Assembly: GCA_964247055.1 (NCBI GenBank)
Contig: OZ176055.1
Location: forward strand, 8,122,001-8,186,000
Direction: 5' to 3'
Length of the DNA: 64,000 bases
Source: Paragordius varius
Taxonomy: Eukaryota > Animalia > Nematomorpha
A program made the position numbers and the translations under genes. The notes beneath the pieces were generated by a model. That model ran no database searches. It worked only from the letters and a program-made list of their open reading frames with translations, and was not told the DNA's origin. This document shows positions 1 through 13,186 of the stretch, piece by piece (the stretch's first letter is position 1; every line of letters starts with the position of its first letter).

Positions 1-10
1 AATTGTGTAG

Positions 11-3000
11 GGATTCACAATTTCACCCCAAAGAATTGAAATACATGTATCGCATGTTTAAACAGGTTAACTAAAACCATACATTACAATATAAAATTTC
101 TCGTATAATTTGTCAAAAATAAAACTCTTTCAGTTGTGGGATAACAGTGTGACTTGGTTTCAGAAAAAATTAGCAGGTGAGTTTCAATATTTTTGGTTAA
201 AAAAGTTGCATTTTTTTGATATCAGGTAGCCTACTCGAGATACAATTTAGATAAAATGTCACAAAAGATACACATATATCAGGTGTAGTTACAAGTTTAT
301 ACCGATTTATTGGAAAAATGTTTTGAGATAATCTCTTATATTTTGATGTCAGCTCCCACACATTTCACCCATTCTCAGTAATATATGAAAGCCATGCCAA
401 ATAAACTAATTGCATTTTGGTGCAAACCATTGGTCAAGCCTTTCTCTTGCGCCTCATAATTATTGAAGTGCTGCTCTTCGAGGATCTGACCCATGATGCG
501 AACATGTCTAGTCAGATGGCGCTAGATCAAAAAAGCTAAGCAGACGCGAAAAAATATCTTTATAAGCGATTACAAATTCATTTCTGGTTCTGTTGTCTGA
601 GATGGAGCATGTCAGGTAACAAAGAAAAGTTGATATGTTTGCTAACCGATATGTCGTTTCCACTTAATGTTTACTCTTAAAATTAATCTGAATATTTGCG
701 TATTACCGGTTTTAGCGAGATTAAAAGTTAATAACAATATCGCTCTAATCTTACCAAACGTGCCGATGGACCAGCTTGACAAGGTGAGCACCATTTTTCC
801 GTTTTGAAATTACTTAATAAGAATATTTCTTATCGTTTGTCCCAATTCGATGCAGAAATAATTTTTGTTACGTTAAAGCCGGTTTACACAAGTCTTTTTA
901 CCATTTTTGCTCTTTGACGTTCATTCAAATTGTGTGAAACCCATTACTGAGGTTTTAATCATTCCCAGTGTTTGGAGATGTCTGCTGATTGTTTTTTGTG
1001 ATATATGTTATGCTTCTACAAATTGCCGATAAGTTTATTTTAGGCCAAACTTTTCCAGTTGTTTTTTTTCGCAGTTAAGTGGTTTACCCCACCCATAGTT
1101 TTTCATATATCGCACGAAACCTTGTTTTATGTTGTAATCGATAGGGGTTTACCATATGTTCCCACCCATCGATGACTTTTAGCCTTTTTCTTCTGATGGA
1201 AGAAAAGTGATGCGTGCCGCAATTCTTTTTTTTCATTCACAAAATTCCATATGAATACCAAATGAAAGACAAAAAGCTTCCTTTTATCTCCCTAAAAAAA
1301 TTTAATGTTTGTAATTTAATGTCAGACGAGCAAAAATGGGTCTGTATCAAATTAATCGTCTGCGTACTTCTCACTCACGCCTACTCGTAATTAAGCCGGT
1401 ATTAACTCATGACTACACCTGTTATAAACCAGGAATCGATGGTGTCTAAAAAATTAAAAAATACCTTTTATGATCATGAAAAATTATTATTATTATTATT
1501 ACATTACATAATTTCACTCGTGAGAGCGGTCACGTTATACAACCTGTCTCGCCATAGTACTCTATCTATGGCGTCTTCTGCATAAGATCGTATTCCGATA
1601 GCTCTCTTTTTATTGTATCTATCCATTTCGTTTTAGACCGCCTACGTCCTCGTTTTCCCTGAACTATATGATTATCTATTATTTTTGCAATATAATTAGG
1701 ATCTTTTCTTTCAATGTGCCCGAACCAACGTAGCACATTTTTTGACATTCTTTCCACTATTGGTTTAACATCTGTGCCCCCACAAATAAATCTATTCTCA
1801 TCATTCTAAGCATTTTCATTTCAGTCACGTTAAAATGTCTTTCTTCGGATTTTTTGAGACCCCACGTCTGTGAATACATCATTAAGGGCTGGACAACTGA
1901 ACAGTATTACCTTTCACTCTAACATCAATATTTGGATCGCATAATACGCTTAAAATATTCTTCCAATTTACCCAGCTGCTCTTTATTCTTAAATTAATAT
2001 CATCGTTCAACTATCCATCAGAACTTAACATAGCCCCCAAATATTTTCAACTTTCTTTACCCCCCAACTATAATCAACCATTCTTTCATGTTGTGAACCC
2101 CCAAAAGTAATAAGTTCGGTTTTTGCTTTGATTAATTTCAGACCGTATTGATCCAGTATAACAACCCATCTGTTTACTGTTCGCTTTAACTCAATTGATG
2201 GATCAGACAAGATGATTATGTCATCTGGATACATTAAGTACAAACCTGAACTCACATTAACGACCTTGGCTACCTCCTCCATACAACAATAAGGGGCTGA
2301 TGAGCCTTGGTAGACTCTATGCTTTATTGAAAAGGGCTCTGATAAACCTTGTGGGGTTTTAATCCTGAAGGTGTGGGATTTTTACATTATTTGTACAACT
2401 TAATATAACTTTCTGGCACCTTTTTACGGCGGAGACTCCACCAAATAGATTCTCTAGGTTCTCTATGTCAATTAAAACCCTGTGTAATTCTTTCTTTTTT
2501 GCAATGTGTTTTTCAATAAACCTCCTAACCGCATGTATAGGATCTACTGTTTTTCCTGGCTTGAAACCAAATTGATTTCCTTCTATAGATATCATTTTCC
2601 TGATTCGTTTTTCAATTATTTTTTCGAAACAATTTCATGGTGTGCGACATTAGTTTTATACCTCTATAGTTACTACATTCATTTATATCACATTTTCATT
2701 TAAATAAAGGCACAGTTAAACTTTCCTTCCATTCAACCGGTATTTTATAAGTTGTAACAATTTTATTAAAAACACGCTCCAAGAAATTTAATCCAGCGTT
2801 TCCAAGCCTTTTCCAACAATTTATATTTATGTCGTCCGATCCTACAGCCTTGTTGTTTGGCATATCCTTGCTCAAAGAATTAAAAATTATAAGCAAAGGA
2901 ATAAGCGCAGGATGGATTTACCAGGTTATGCGACTGCAATAAAAGGAAAAGATGGAAACTTGTTGTGCTAAAATGTCGAAATATTAAAAAGATGGAAAGA

Positions 3001-5074
3001 GTACTTTGTGAGTTTAAATCAAGGGGTAAACGATATCTTTTTGCCAAACACAATTGAAGTGACTAATAGACCAATAGAATCAATAACAGAAAAGGAGGTA
3101 GAATCTATTTGTTAGAAATGCCAAACAACAAGGCTGTAGGCTTGGACGACATAAATATATATTGTTGGAAAGTGCTTGGAAACGCTGGATTAAATTTCTT
3201 GGAGCGTGTATTTAATAAAGTTGTTTCCATTTATGAAATTCCGGTTGAATGGAAGGAAAGTTTAACTGTGCCTTTATTTAAAGGAAAAGGTGATATAAAT
3301 GAATGTAGTAATTATAGAGGGATAAAACTAATGTCGCACACCATGAATTTGTTTGAAAAAATAATTGAAAAACGAATCAGGAAAATGATATATATATAGA
3401 AAGAAATCAATTTGATTTCATGGCATGAAAGCCATAGACATGCGGTAAAAAAGTATATAAATAGCATTAATTTTTATTTTCTTTATGAATTTTGAAACTG
3501 TACCGGTTCCTAATTTGATATTTGGTTTAAAAGTTATATAACAAGTGGGTGTTGCACAAAAACGTTTTAAATCTAACTCTGGTTTCAAAAATTAAATTAT
3601 GAAACAAAAATCGGTCGGGAAAACTTTAGAACATTTTCCATAAAATAGAAATTCTAGCATCAGTACATAGGCAAAAAAACAGAGCATTTATAAGTTTTTT
3701 ATTTATTTAATCGTTTGTTTTAATATATATTTTGTCCTCGACTTTTGTTTAGCATTGTCCGAACGGTTATATGACACTTGAAAGCTTTAACGAAATACTT
3801 AATTCAATCTTTCCAATCGGAGGTAATTTATTTAGAACATATGAATAGATGCTTCAAGATACGCAAAATATTTTTATTGTTGCTTTGACCTGCATAATAA
3901 TGGTTTGGTGGAATTTAAAGTATAACATAATATTTTTTAACATTATGCACAAATCATTCATTCCTTAGTCATTCGTAGAAACTTTATCCAAATTAAATTT
4001 TGGTACGACCCACGAAAAGGCCCAAATAATTTATAAAATGTATGACCCTTTGGGCCGTGGATACATTGATAAAAAATCGCTTCAGAACATTTTAAATAGC
4101 GTGTATGAATTGGCTGATATAAATTTGGAATCTAAGAAGGAAGTGGTTTCTCAAAAAGCCGATCTAATTTTGATGAAAGTATGATAATATATATTTTTTA
4201 TGAATATATATATACATATTTCGATTTATATATATATATATATATACATATTTCAATTTGTATCATGATTGGTAAAATCGCTTCTTAGAGTGAATTATAT
4301 ATAAATCCTATATATTATTTACTTCATTTTTATATAATGTAAATTATTACGTCAAAATTTTCCATAATATATTGAGTACAGCCATACCACTTTTCTATTA
4401 TTTGATCTAATCGTGTAAAAAAGCACAAAAAGTCCTAACAGTGGTATATTATACGGAAAAAAATGTTATCATACGTTTTTGATACCAAGTAAAAGGCATC
4501 CTAATATTTTAATAGCTTAACCTAAGATAACATTATCACATTAAATTGACCCTGAATATTACATATATCCACTTTCATTCACAATAAAAATAAATTTTGT
4601 ATTTCTGTGCTAGATAAATTATTGGGATTAATATTTTTCCATTAGTTTGGTTAATTATTATTTTTTAAAAAAATGCCAATTAATTTGTTTATATTAATTT
4701 TCTCGGACGGGCGGCATTTTCAAAATATATTAGCATTAAGTAATCTACAAGATTTCAAACACAAAGAAAACATATTATTTTCGCCAAAATTTGGAATAAA
4801 TTATTTAGAAAATTTGTTTGAAACGCGGGCTGCAAAATAAATTCAAGGGTCGTTGGACACCAATGATTCTACAATCTAGTCTGGAAAATTATTCAAAAAA
4901 GTGAATTAAACAAACTAATAAAGTGTGAGTTTTTTTAGCTCAGAGACAAATATCTTTAGGGTTGAAAGAAATATCTATGGTATATCACATATTTTTTACA
5001 CATAGGCTTGCCGTGAAAATAAATCAAAGCGAATAACATTGGAAGAATTTCAACACCTACTGGTAAATGAATGA
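11..5074 (+). CDS. KChIP/neuronal calcium sensor (recoverin-family) EF-hand protein, 5'-partial (upstream exons outside window)
   Basis: Exons 11-65, 3753-3822, 3849-3919, 3969-4178, 5006-5074 join in frame with GT-AG ends. They translate as DSQFHPKELKYMYRMFKQ-HCPNGYMTLESFNEILNSIFPIG-DASRYAKYFYCCFDLHNNGLVEFK-SFVETLSKLNFGTTHEKAQIIYKMYDPLGRGYIDKKSL...-ACRENKSKRITLEEFQHLLVNE*. This parallels KChIP (KELQ.LYRGFK.ECPSG...FP.GDASTYAH..F...FD). Exact orthologue uncertain. Confidence 0.8.
279..1422 (-). mobile_element. Decayed full-length mariner (Mos1/mauritiana-like) DNA transposon in an intron of the KChIP-like gene
   Basis: Imperfect TIRs TCAGGTGTAGTTACAAG (279-) and GACTACACCTGT (-1422) are flanked by TA. 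Minus-strand frameshifted remnants resemble mariner transposase: LRHASLFFHQKKKAKSHR, WVSHNLNERQ, DLAPSD, EEQHFNNYE, LDQWFAPK, EWVKCV. Confidence 0.85.
1483..2900 (-). mobile_element. 5'-truncated RTE-clade LINE (reverse transcriptase 3' half, degenerate) with (TAA)n tail
   Basis: ORF fragments include IPVEWKESLTVPLFK, GNQFGFKPGK, LMYPDDIIIL (YADD-like) and LRWFGHIERK...GKRGRRRSKTKWID (typical RTE C-terminus). (ATT)6 at 1483-1500 is a (TAA) tail on the minus strand. Stops and frameshifts occur throughout. Confidence 0.9.
2905..3445 (+). mobile_element. Second RTE LINE fragment in opposite orientation
   Basis: The translation reads ILKRWKEYF...EMPNNKAVGLDDI...IPVEWKESLTVPLFKGKGDINECSNYRGIKLMSHTMNLFEKIIEKR. 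This is the region just upstream of and at the start of an RTE RT domain. Confidence 0.9.
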
Positions 5075-5923
5075 ATAGAGCGTAAGGCCCACCAATCTTT
5101 TTTAAAAAAATTTTTTTTTCATGCTTTTACTGTGATATATATTATATATTAACTTCAAAAACCAATTAATTAGTAAATTATTTATAATAATTGAAACACA
5201 TCTATGACATTGTATTATATATATATATATATATGTAATAATTAATTATGCTTTTCCCACAAAACTTTTTAGCAAAATTAATTACAAATCTTATATAAAT
5301 AAATGCATATATTATATTAATATAAATGCATGATAAAGGACCATGTACAATACCACATAGTATAATCATATAATTAAATAAAATGCAAATGTTGAAAAAA
5401 AAATTCCAAAAATTCTAAAAATATCACAAACATTACATGAAGATTCTAGTTTTAGAGATACGATAAAACAGCTTGATTATATATGATTAAAATAATCTAA
5501 TATAAAAATATAATTTGTAAATGCAGTGTATATAGTGAATAAAATGCTTAAAAATTGATCTGATCAATATTATGGCTAAAATGAAGGTAAGATAATAATA
5601 AAAAAATACTTGATATTAATATTATAGATTCCGTTTTCGATGGATATAGTAAATTTAAAATTATCCAGACAAAACACTTAATGACAAATATTTTCATAAA
5701 ACTTATACATAACTAATCAGTTTGCGTGGTAAATAGAGGGAATAAAGAAAATTGTTGATACACCAATTTAATTTTAAATTGTAACTGTATAGTTTGTGCA
5801 GTAGGATATTTTATTTCAAAAATATTTTGCCTTTTAGTTTTTTACGCTTTATCTGTATAAGTTCAATTTTTCCTGTAAATATACATATATATAGATGATT
5901 AAAATAACGCATAAAACATCGCT

Positions 5924-8900
5924 TTAATGTTTGTTAGTAAGAAGACCCGTCTTATAAAATTTGTGGAGTTGATTTTTAGCACAAACATTGTTGCTTGGTA
6001 ACGTTTCATTTTTCCCAGTTCCAGGTTTTCGTATAAGAGCCCTACATTCCTCAGCAGTGTTATTGGAAAAAACTGCATTTAGCGTTGAGGAAGTGGTCGA
6101 ACTTGACATTTGAATCGCCGTATTTTGCTGAGTATTATTCATTATAGAATTGGGGCCCTTACTAATTGTGGTTAGTTCGTTCCCACAATCATTTGTATTG
6201 ATATTTATGCCATCAACATCATCACCATGATTGGTAAGGTTAAGAGATGCTCTATTTTCTGCATTTTTTAAAATATAAAGGGGCATAGAAAATATTGTTA
6301 GAAAAAAATGAACAACACCCTAAGAGAATAAACCAATTTTATTGTCAAAAATCTCAAAAGGTTTATTAAATATGTTTGAGTTTTTTATGTTTGAGCTAAG
6401 TTTACTGGCAATTAACAAAATATTCACATATAATTAAAATGATGGCAGTTACCAAATAATCGTTTTAAAACTTGTTATATACGCAAAAAACGGTTTTTTT
6501 AAGTTTTTTCCCCCAATATTTAACATTATTCATTAGTTTTATATACAAAGGATTTTAGCATTTATTAGCAATCTTCGTATACATTTTATCATATAAATTT
6601 AACTCAACCTATAAGATCTTTTGATGGCACATTCCATAAATTGCGTAACTCATAAATTCTTTCCTCTACGCAAAAAGCAGATAATCTGGCTTCAGCATCT
6701 TGATCCCAGCAATGTTGAACTGTTTCTTTGAAAAATGTGATTGCCTTGAGAAAAAAAACCAATTAAAAACCAAATTTACATCAAACTTTAAACAGAACAG
6801 AGAAATTCTATGACGGTGTTTTTTTGAGTTGAAAGCAAAAAATATTATTTGGTTTATCGCCGATGATTAATTAACAATACAAATATTATTATCATAGATA
6901 TTTATTTATATTACAAGACTGAAAATTTATTAAAAAAATAATGATACGGTATCTAATCTCTTTTGTGTTATATCAGACTCTCATAATGTTACCAACGTCA
7001 TAAAATAATTATTATCATATATTTCATATTTAAATTTATTACTATTTATAAAATTAAATTAATTTTATCTATAAGTATTCTAAAAGGTTAAAATAATTTA
7101 CATTATAATGCGTAGTTTTCTCAATTTTGCTATTACATTTTATGTTGTAATTATTTAAAGTTGACTTACCTTCCTGAAAGGTTAATATTATTAGTATTTT
7201 AGAGCCCTCATTTGAGTCAAAAAAAGTAAAGGAAAAAAAACTATTTATTATGTCATATATCTGCAGAGACATATTAAATAATATTTGTCAGTAAAAATTT
7301 TGAATAATAATCATAATTATACGGTTTCAAAAAAGGGAAATATACCTTTATGTGAAAGCGAAGGTTTATTCTAACACTCTTTATTTGAAAAACAATAAAA
7401 AGGATAATCAAATGAAAACGCAAATAAAATTTGTTAGGATAAAGCAACATTTTTTCACGTTAAAACAACATTTTTTCAGTCAAAAGCAACATTTTTTGCA
7501 AGCAAACGCAACACTTTTTCAAGTAAAAACAAGTAAAAAAATGTAGCATTTGCTTGAAAAATTGTTGCTTTTGATCGAAAAATGTAGTCATACCTCATCA
7601 GTCTTCCATTCTTCCGGGAATATTGGTCGACATTTATTTCTGGCTACAATGACTTGCATATCCTCAAAGGTGGGATGTAGACCCACATCTTTTTGAAACG
7701 GTAATTCATATGGTAAAACTTCACAATCTAGCAAAACAAAAAATATAAATTGTTTAATTTGAAAAAATTTTTTTTACTCTTTATCAGAGGTTAAAAATAT
7801 GGAGAAATTATATTTTTAACAACAAAACACAAAAAAATTGAACTAATTGATGAAAGGTATTAATTTAGAGGTAATTATCCACAAAAACATTTTTAATGAT
7901 AAGCTAAGAAGATAATAAATGATCACACAATAATTTTAGTAATTAAAAAACTAAAATATGTATGTGTAAAAATACGTAGATATACAGTAAATATTGAAAA
8001 TATACGGATAAAGCGTAAATATATATAAACAAATATTTTTTTTCCAAAAAACAACCATAATTTTTAAATCTTAATTTTTGTATTAAATAGAGGTGTATAT
8101 TACTAAATTTAATTATTTAATTTACAATCGTAAAATAAACAAGCTATATAGAAAAATTAAGATTTAAAAAATGGTTGTCTTTTGAAAAAAAATTTTTCTT
8201 TTTATTTTCACCTAATTTTCCGTATAATTTCAATTATTACTGTAAATCACAAAAACTCTCCCGTTTGAAAACAATTAACTAAACGCATACTCTAAAAAAT
8301 ATAATATAGAAACTATGTGGGTGACGACAATGGGTTGTTAAACAAGATTCGTGTTAACGTCGTGAATAATGAAAGAAAATGAAAATAAATTTATTATAGA
8401 ATACTCAAGTTTTTTTAAAAAAAACTCCTGATGATGCCATTGGGCGAAAATTTGAGTCTATAATAAATTTATTTTTATTATCTTTCATTATTCACGACGT
8501 TAAAACGAATCTTACATAATAAAAAAAGACATTAATTAAATCAAAAAACGATCAAAAAAAAGATATAAACCATTTTTATATAAGTGAGAACATCGACGTG
8601 CAACTTCCCACATAACAAGAGAAAAGGCATAAATATCGACTTGTTTAAGGGCAGCTTCACAATCCCTCAAATTGATTGAGCCCTCCAAAACCTCAGGTGC
8701 CATATAACGAATAGTTCCAACCTACAAAGAAAAAAAACCCACAAAAAATTGAATTAAAATTTTAAAAAAATTATATGAAAAAAGTTATAAAATTAATTAA
8801 GTGTGCTATAATAAAATGAGAAAAGGTAAAATATTATAAATGACTGAAATCCATAAAAAATAAAAAAAAATAATTATATTTTAAAAAAGAAATCCAAAAA

Positions 8901-11900
8901 ACCTATATATAAAAATTTCAAAAAAACAATCAAAAAAAACTTATATATAAAAATTGAATTATCATAAAAAATTAAAATTTTATGATAACAAACTATATTT
9001 GTTGAGATAAATGGTTAAATAATATATAATAAAATAACTAAATGTTAAGTAAGTAAAAATCTATAAAACATAAGTCATTATATATAATCGAGTGAAAATC
9101 TATAGCAAAAAGTTTAATAATAAAAATATGGTACTAGGCTTGATTTTCATATGATATACTAATTCTCCTTTTATAAGAAATACAGGTATGTACAAAATAT
9201 ATATATAAAAAGATAAAAAATTCAAAATTAACAAAAATTATTAATATTTTTTTTTCAAAAATATATGTAAAATTTATTGTAATATATTCATAAAAATAAT
9301 TTACATCAGGCAGTGTTTTCTCTTTAAAAACGGTTGTTTGATTTTGTCTCATCATATCCTTTCCATTCAAACAGGCATTAGGTATTTTGGGTAATTTACC
9401 TTTTAAAAACAAATCAAATTTTTTTAAGTTGATATAAATATTTTAAAATTGGGATTTAACATAAAAAAGGACTATATTATCCAACAAATTTTAAACAAAA
9501 CCGTATATTTTGATCTTACATTAAAAATGAAGAAACAAAAACAAAAAAGTTTTTTTCAATATATACATCATTTTTCAGTCAAAAGTAACATTTTTTACAT
9601 AATTTTTTCAAACAGAGACAAGTGAAAAAATGTTGTTTTCGCTACAAGAAATGTTAAATTTTCTTGTAAAAATGTTGCGCTTGCTTGTAAAAATGGTATA
9701 AAAATAGGTGACTAAATTTTTACAACTTTCGATATTATGAATTGTGTGAAATATGGAATTAAGTATTCCTCAACTCAAATCCATATTTATAAACCCTAAT
9801 CATGGCGCTATATCACAAAATATAAATACACTGCTTTTTGATTTGTACATCATTTATTAACTTTACCTAATTACATTACATATTTTACGTCCCATCTATT
9901 CAAAATTTGACCATTTTATAGGTAAAAAACCATCTTAAAATGTTTTAAAATATTAAACTTTAAATTTTACCCTGTATCAATCCATTATGTGTCATAGAGT
10001 GTGAATTAACAAGCGGATAAGCAAATCCTAAATCACAAATAACGCATTTATTCCCAGCCTCCGATATCAAAATATTTCGTGTATTCAAGTCTCGATGTGC
10101 AATTGGTGGTTTACATAAATTATCTGTAAAATAAAACGGAAAAATGGATTAAAATAGTCTTTTGACCAAAGTTAACAAACTTTTTTGGGAGGCAATCTTT
10201 TTACTACTCTATTTTTTTATTAATTTGGAATTTACTTGTTAATGAAAAAAGGGTATCATTGGTAATAAATTGATTAGTTAAAATTTATTTTGCACCGTTC
10301 TCCGTATTACTTATTATTATGCAACATTTATGGAGATAAGTAACAGTTTATATATTTTAGAATTTCAAAACCACCTTTTCAAAACATAATATATTTTCGG
10401 CATTCTATAATAAAAACTTTACACAAAAAAATCTTTATATTTGGATAAAAATAAAATAGTATATATATATTATATATATCACTACCTCTGTAAATAAGTT
10501 TTTGTAGGTGAGATATTCCCTTAATAATAGTTTCCAAGATGTTCAAAAATTGTTGTATCGTGAGTATATTGTTCTAAATTATAAATATAAATTATCATAT
10601 AATTATTATAAGTTTGAAATTAAAAACATACTAATTTTTTAAAACCGATAGGGAGCATTAGAAAATTTTAACTACTATTTTTCAAATTATTCCCTTCATA
10701 AAAATATTTTTTTCTTAAATTTTTCAGATAAAATTAAAACACAAAATTTTTCGTAGTTATAAGGTTTCTGTGAGTATTAATTGACATTTTATCAAATCAA
10801 AGCCTAAATTTATAAAAAAGGATCGAAAATTAAAAAAATTACAATATAAACAGTGTATCCATCACCAAAATTAATCTTTTGGGAAAATATATCTGTAAAA
10901 AACTATAGTTCTGAATATAACATATTTTTATTTCAAATTAACTTTATAATTATACGGCAAAATTCGAATCAAAACTAAAGTAAATAGAAAAATCATTTTC
11001 ACAACTTTACAAATATATCATGTAATTAATTATACTTGTAGAAATGTTTGTAGAGATCCTTCAGACATATAATCAAAAACTAGCCAATATTCGGGCGAAA
11101 CGTTAGGAGCTAATTTAAATTCCCGAAAACCATGGAAATTAAGTATATTGGGATGTTTTAAACATGGGAGTGTGTATATCATTTTTTCATTTTGATAATA
11201 AGCAAGGTAAGCTTGTTTATACACTTTAACCACAACAATCTATCACATTATAGGGTATAAATTGCTGTAGAATTACAGTAAGATTAATAAATTATTATTA
11301 AGGAAAAAAAACAAATGAATATCCAAATAAAATAAATGATAGCTTATAATTGAAAAAATATGTTAAATGGTGTAAGTAGATACAATAGAAAGGATTCATC
11401 GAGGATCGTATATGGTTTATTTATTATAAATTTTGTTAACCATGTCCTAATTATTGTAGAGTTATCATAAATTAAATATGTAATCCAAGGGTGACACTGC
11501 CCTCCAAAATATTTCTCCTGCCCGCGACTAAATCGATAATTTATAATTATCAATATGCTAATTTACAAAAACTAAATAGTAAAATTGATAATTTTCAGCT
11601 AAATTTTGGCATAGCAAGCAAAAAATGTTTAAATAAATGGTAGTGGTTATTAGGTTCACAAATTTTTTATGGTTTATAAAGGGAATCTTATAAAGCTTTT
11701 GTTCATGCGCCTCGAATGCCGCACGGCACGTGTAACTTCTGAGTTAAAAATGCGACCCATAAAACCATTTCCTTTTGGAGACCCCGATAAAACTTATTAA
11801 ATTTATGATACTATTATATAAAATATACGACTCTCTTCAAAACCAGTTTTTTTTAAATATAATAAGATTACTTATGCTATTTACCATGGACTTTTCCAGA

Positions 11901-13186
11901 TTTTGGTTAATGTATTAATTGAAAACCTAATTTGTCTGTATTTTTAAGCAATATAATTAGTGAAAAACAACATTTTTTAAAAAAATATGATTCCAAAAAC
12001 ATAATTTATTGGTAAAAATGATTAAATATTTTAGATTATTTTATTTAACAAAATAGTCATGATGCGGATAAAATATCATCTTTACCATTATAAGCAAACA
12101 GTCTATTGTATATCAAAAAAATTGGAAACAAAAATTAATTGAAAAACTTAATTTAACAAAAATAGTTTAGGTTTACTTGGGAATTTTGGTTGGCTTCTGT
12201 ATTAGAAAGCAGTGCTGAGTCATCAGTAGTTTGAGATTTTATTCTGCCTTTCCAAATTATTCCATACCTTCCCCTTAACATATATATATAAAAAAATATT
12301 ATAAAACGGTACTTTGCAATGAAAAAACATTAAAAAATAATTATCAATAATAAAAAAATGCGAAATTATTTACACCTTATGTGTGATATATTTTTAATGG
12401 TTTTTGCATATCATAAATATATTTTGACAAAAAAATCAAAAATCAAATCGTTTTTACAAACCTGTCTAAAATTTCGATTAATTCGATTCGCGAAAGAACA
12501 TCCGATGAAACAATGTTAAAAGCTTGTTTGGTGGAATTATAAAGATCTTTTTTCAATTTAGCGTGATATCGGGCATACATACATTTAGTAAGAATATATA
12601 CCACGGTTGACAATATAAAAAATGAAATAACTCCAATCGTTATATAAAGTGGTAAATTATGCTTTCGATGTGATGTATCTAGAGGATCCGATTCTAAAAA
12701 AATGGATTCAACGCATAAAAATTACTTGAAAATTTGAGAGTTTTGGTTACGTTTTTAAAGACATATCGATATTTACGATTACAAAAGGTGCCAGAACAAC
12801 AGCAAAAGAGACTTTTAGGGAGTTTGTCATCTTCGACTAAGGAAATGCATTCCTTATTATTACATTGTTGACCGGCTGGGTTAGTCCAGCACCCTATCAA
12901 TTAAACAGTTTTTAATAGTAGTATATAATAATTATAAATAAATAATGTTTAAAATCAAAAAACCTTGTTTAATAATAGATTGATTATTTTTAATATCCCA
13001 CATCGTAAAACAATAATGCTTCCCAACAATGCATTGAACGGTATCAGGATCCAACAAAATTCCCATATCAGATATGTTTTGTCCATTATATATTTGATGA
13101 TATATATCTTTGAAGGCACATAATGTTACATCTTGGGCAAAAATTAAACCAAAACCACAAATAAAAGCAAGGCATATTTGCCGCAT
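5924..13186 (-). CDS. BMPR2: BMP type II receptor Ser/Thr kinase (BMPR2/wishful thinking-like), 12 exons
   Basis: Exons (minus): 13186-12964, 12893-12726, 12693-12462, 12273-12177, 11239-11036, 10573-10486, 10123-9971, 9399-9305, 8721-8571, 7727-7594, 6744-6609, 6258-5924. Signal peptide [17 protein letters not shown]; ectodomain LCAFKD...KQGCW...CCCSGTFCN; [22 protein letters not shown]. Kinase motifs: [68 protein letters not shown]. The exon-2 donor could alternatively be 12776. Confidence 0.9.
7433..7590. repeat. Short palindromic element of ~20-bp repeats (AAAGCAACATTTTTTCA...), second copy at ~9565-9700
   Basis: Direct repeats of AAAAGCAACATTTTTT are followed by their reverse complements (AAAAATTGTTGCTTTT). 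A similar cluster lies in another BMPR2 intron. Confidence 0.55.
8344..8513. mobile_element. Hairpin element (~65-bp inverted arms) with a hammerhead-like motif in the loop; probably Penelope-like-element derived
   Basis: Arms 8344-8409 and 8450-8513 are near-perfect reverse complements (AAGATTCGT.TTAACGTCGTGAATAATGAAAGA...AAATAAATTTATTATAGA). Confidence 0.7.
8424..8457 (+). ncRNA. Minimal hammerhead ribozyme-like motif (PLE-type variant)
   Basis: The sequence is ACTC-CTGATGA-T-GCC-ATTG-GGC-GAA-AATT-T-GAGT. It has stem I ACTC/GAGT, the core, a 3-bp stem II and a palindromic stem III (AAATTT). There is an extra U after the core and a weak UUU cleavage triplet. Confidence 0.55.

Noticed and set aside
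134-176. 43-nt AG...GT-bounded segment (LWDNSVTWFQKKLA) as an extra KChIP exon
   Set aside because: It would shift the frame between two phase-0 junctions that already join into conserved sequence (MFKQ|HCPNG).
7069-7546. Short ORFs at 7069-7272 and 7352-7546 (and similar F/I/L/K-rich ORFs at 11344, 13800, 29229, 35045, 36160, 49938, 50993, 51740, 52256, 54111, 56251, 62921)
   Set aside because: These are AT-rich chance ORFs, repeat translations or antisense shadows of real exons. Many use non-ATG starts and have no recognisable motifs.
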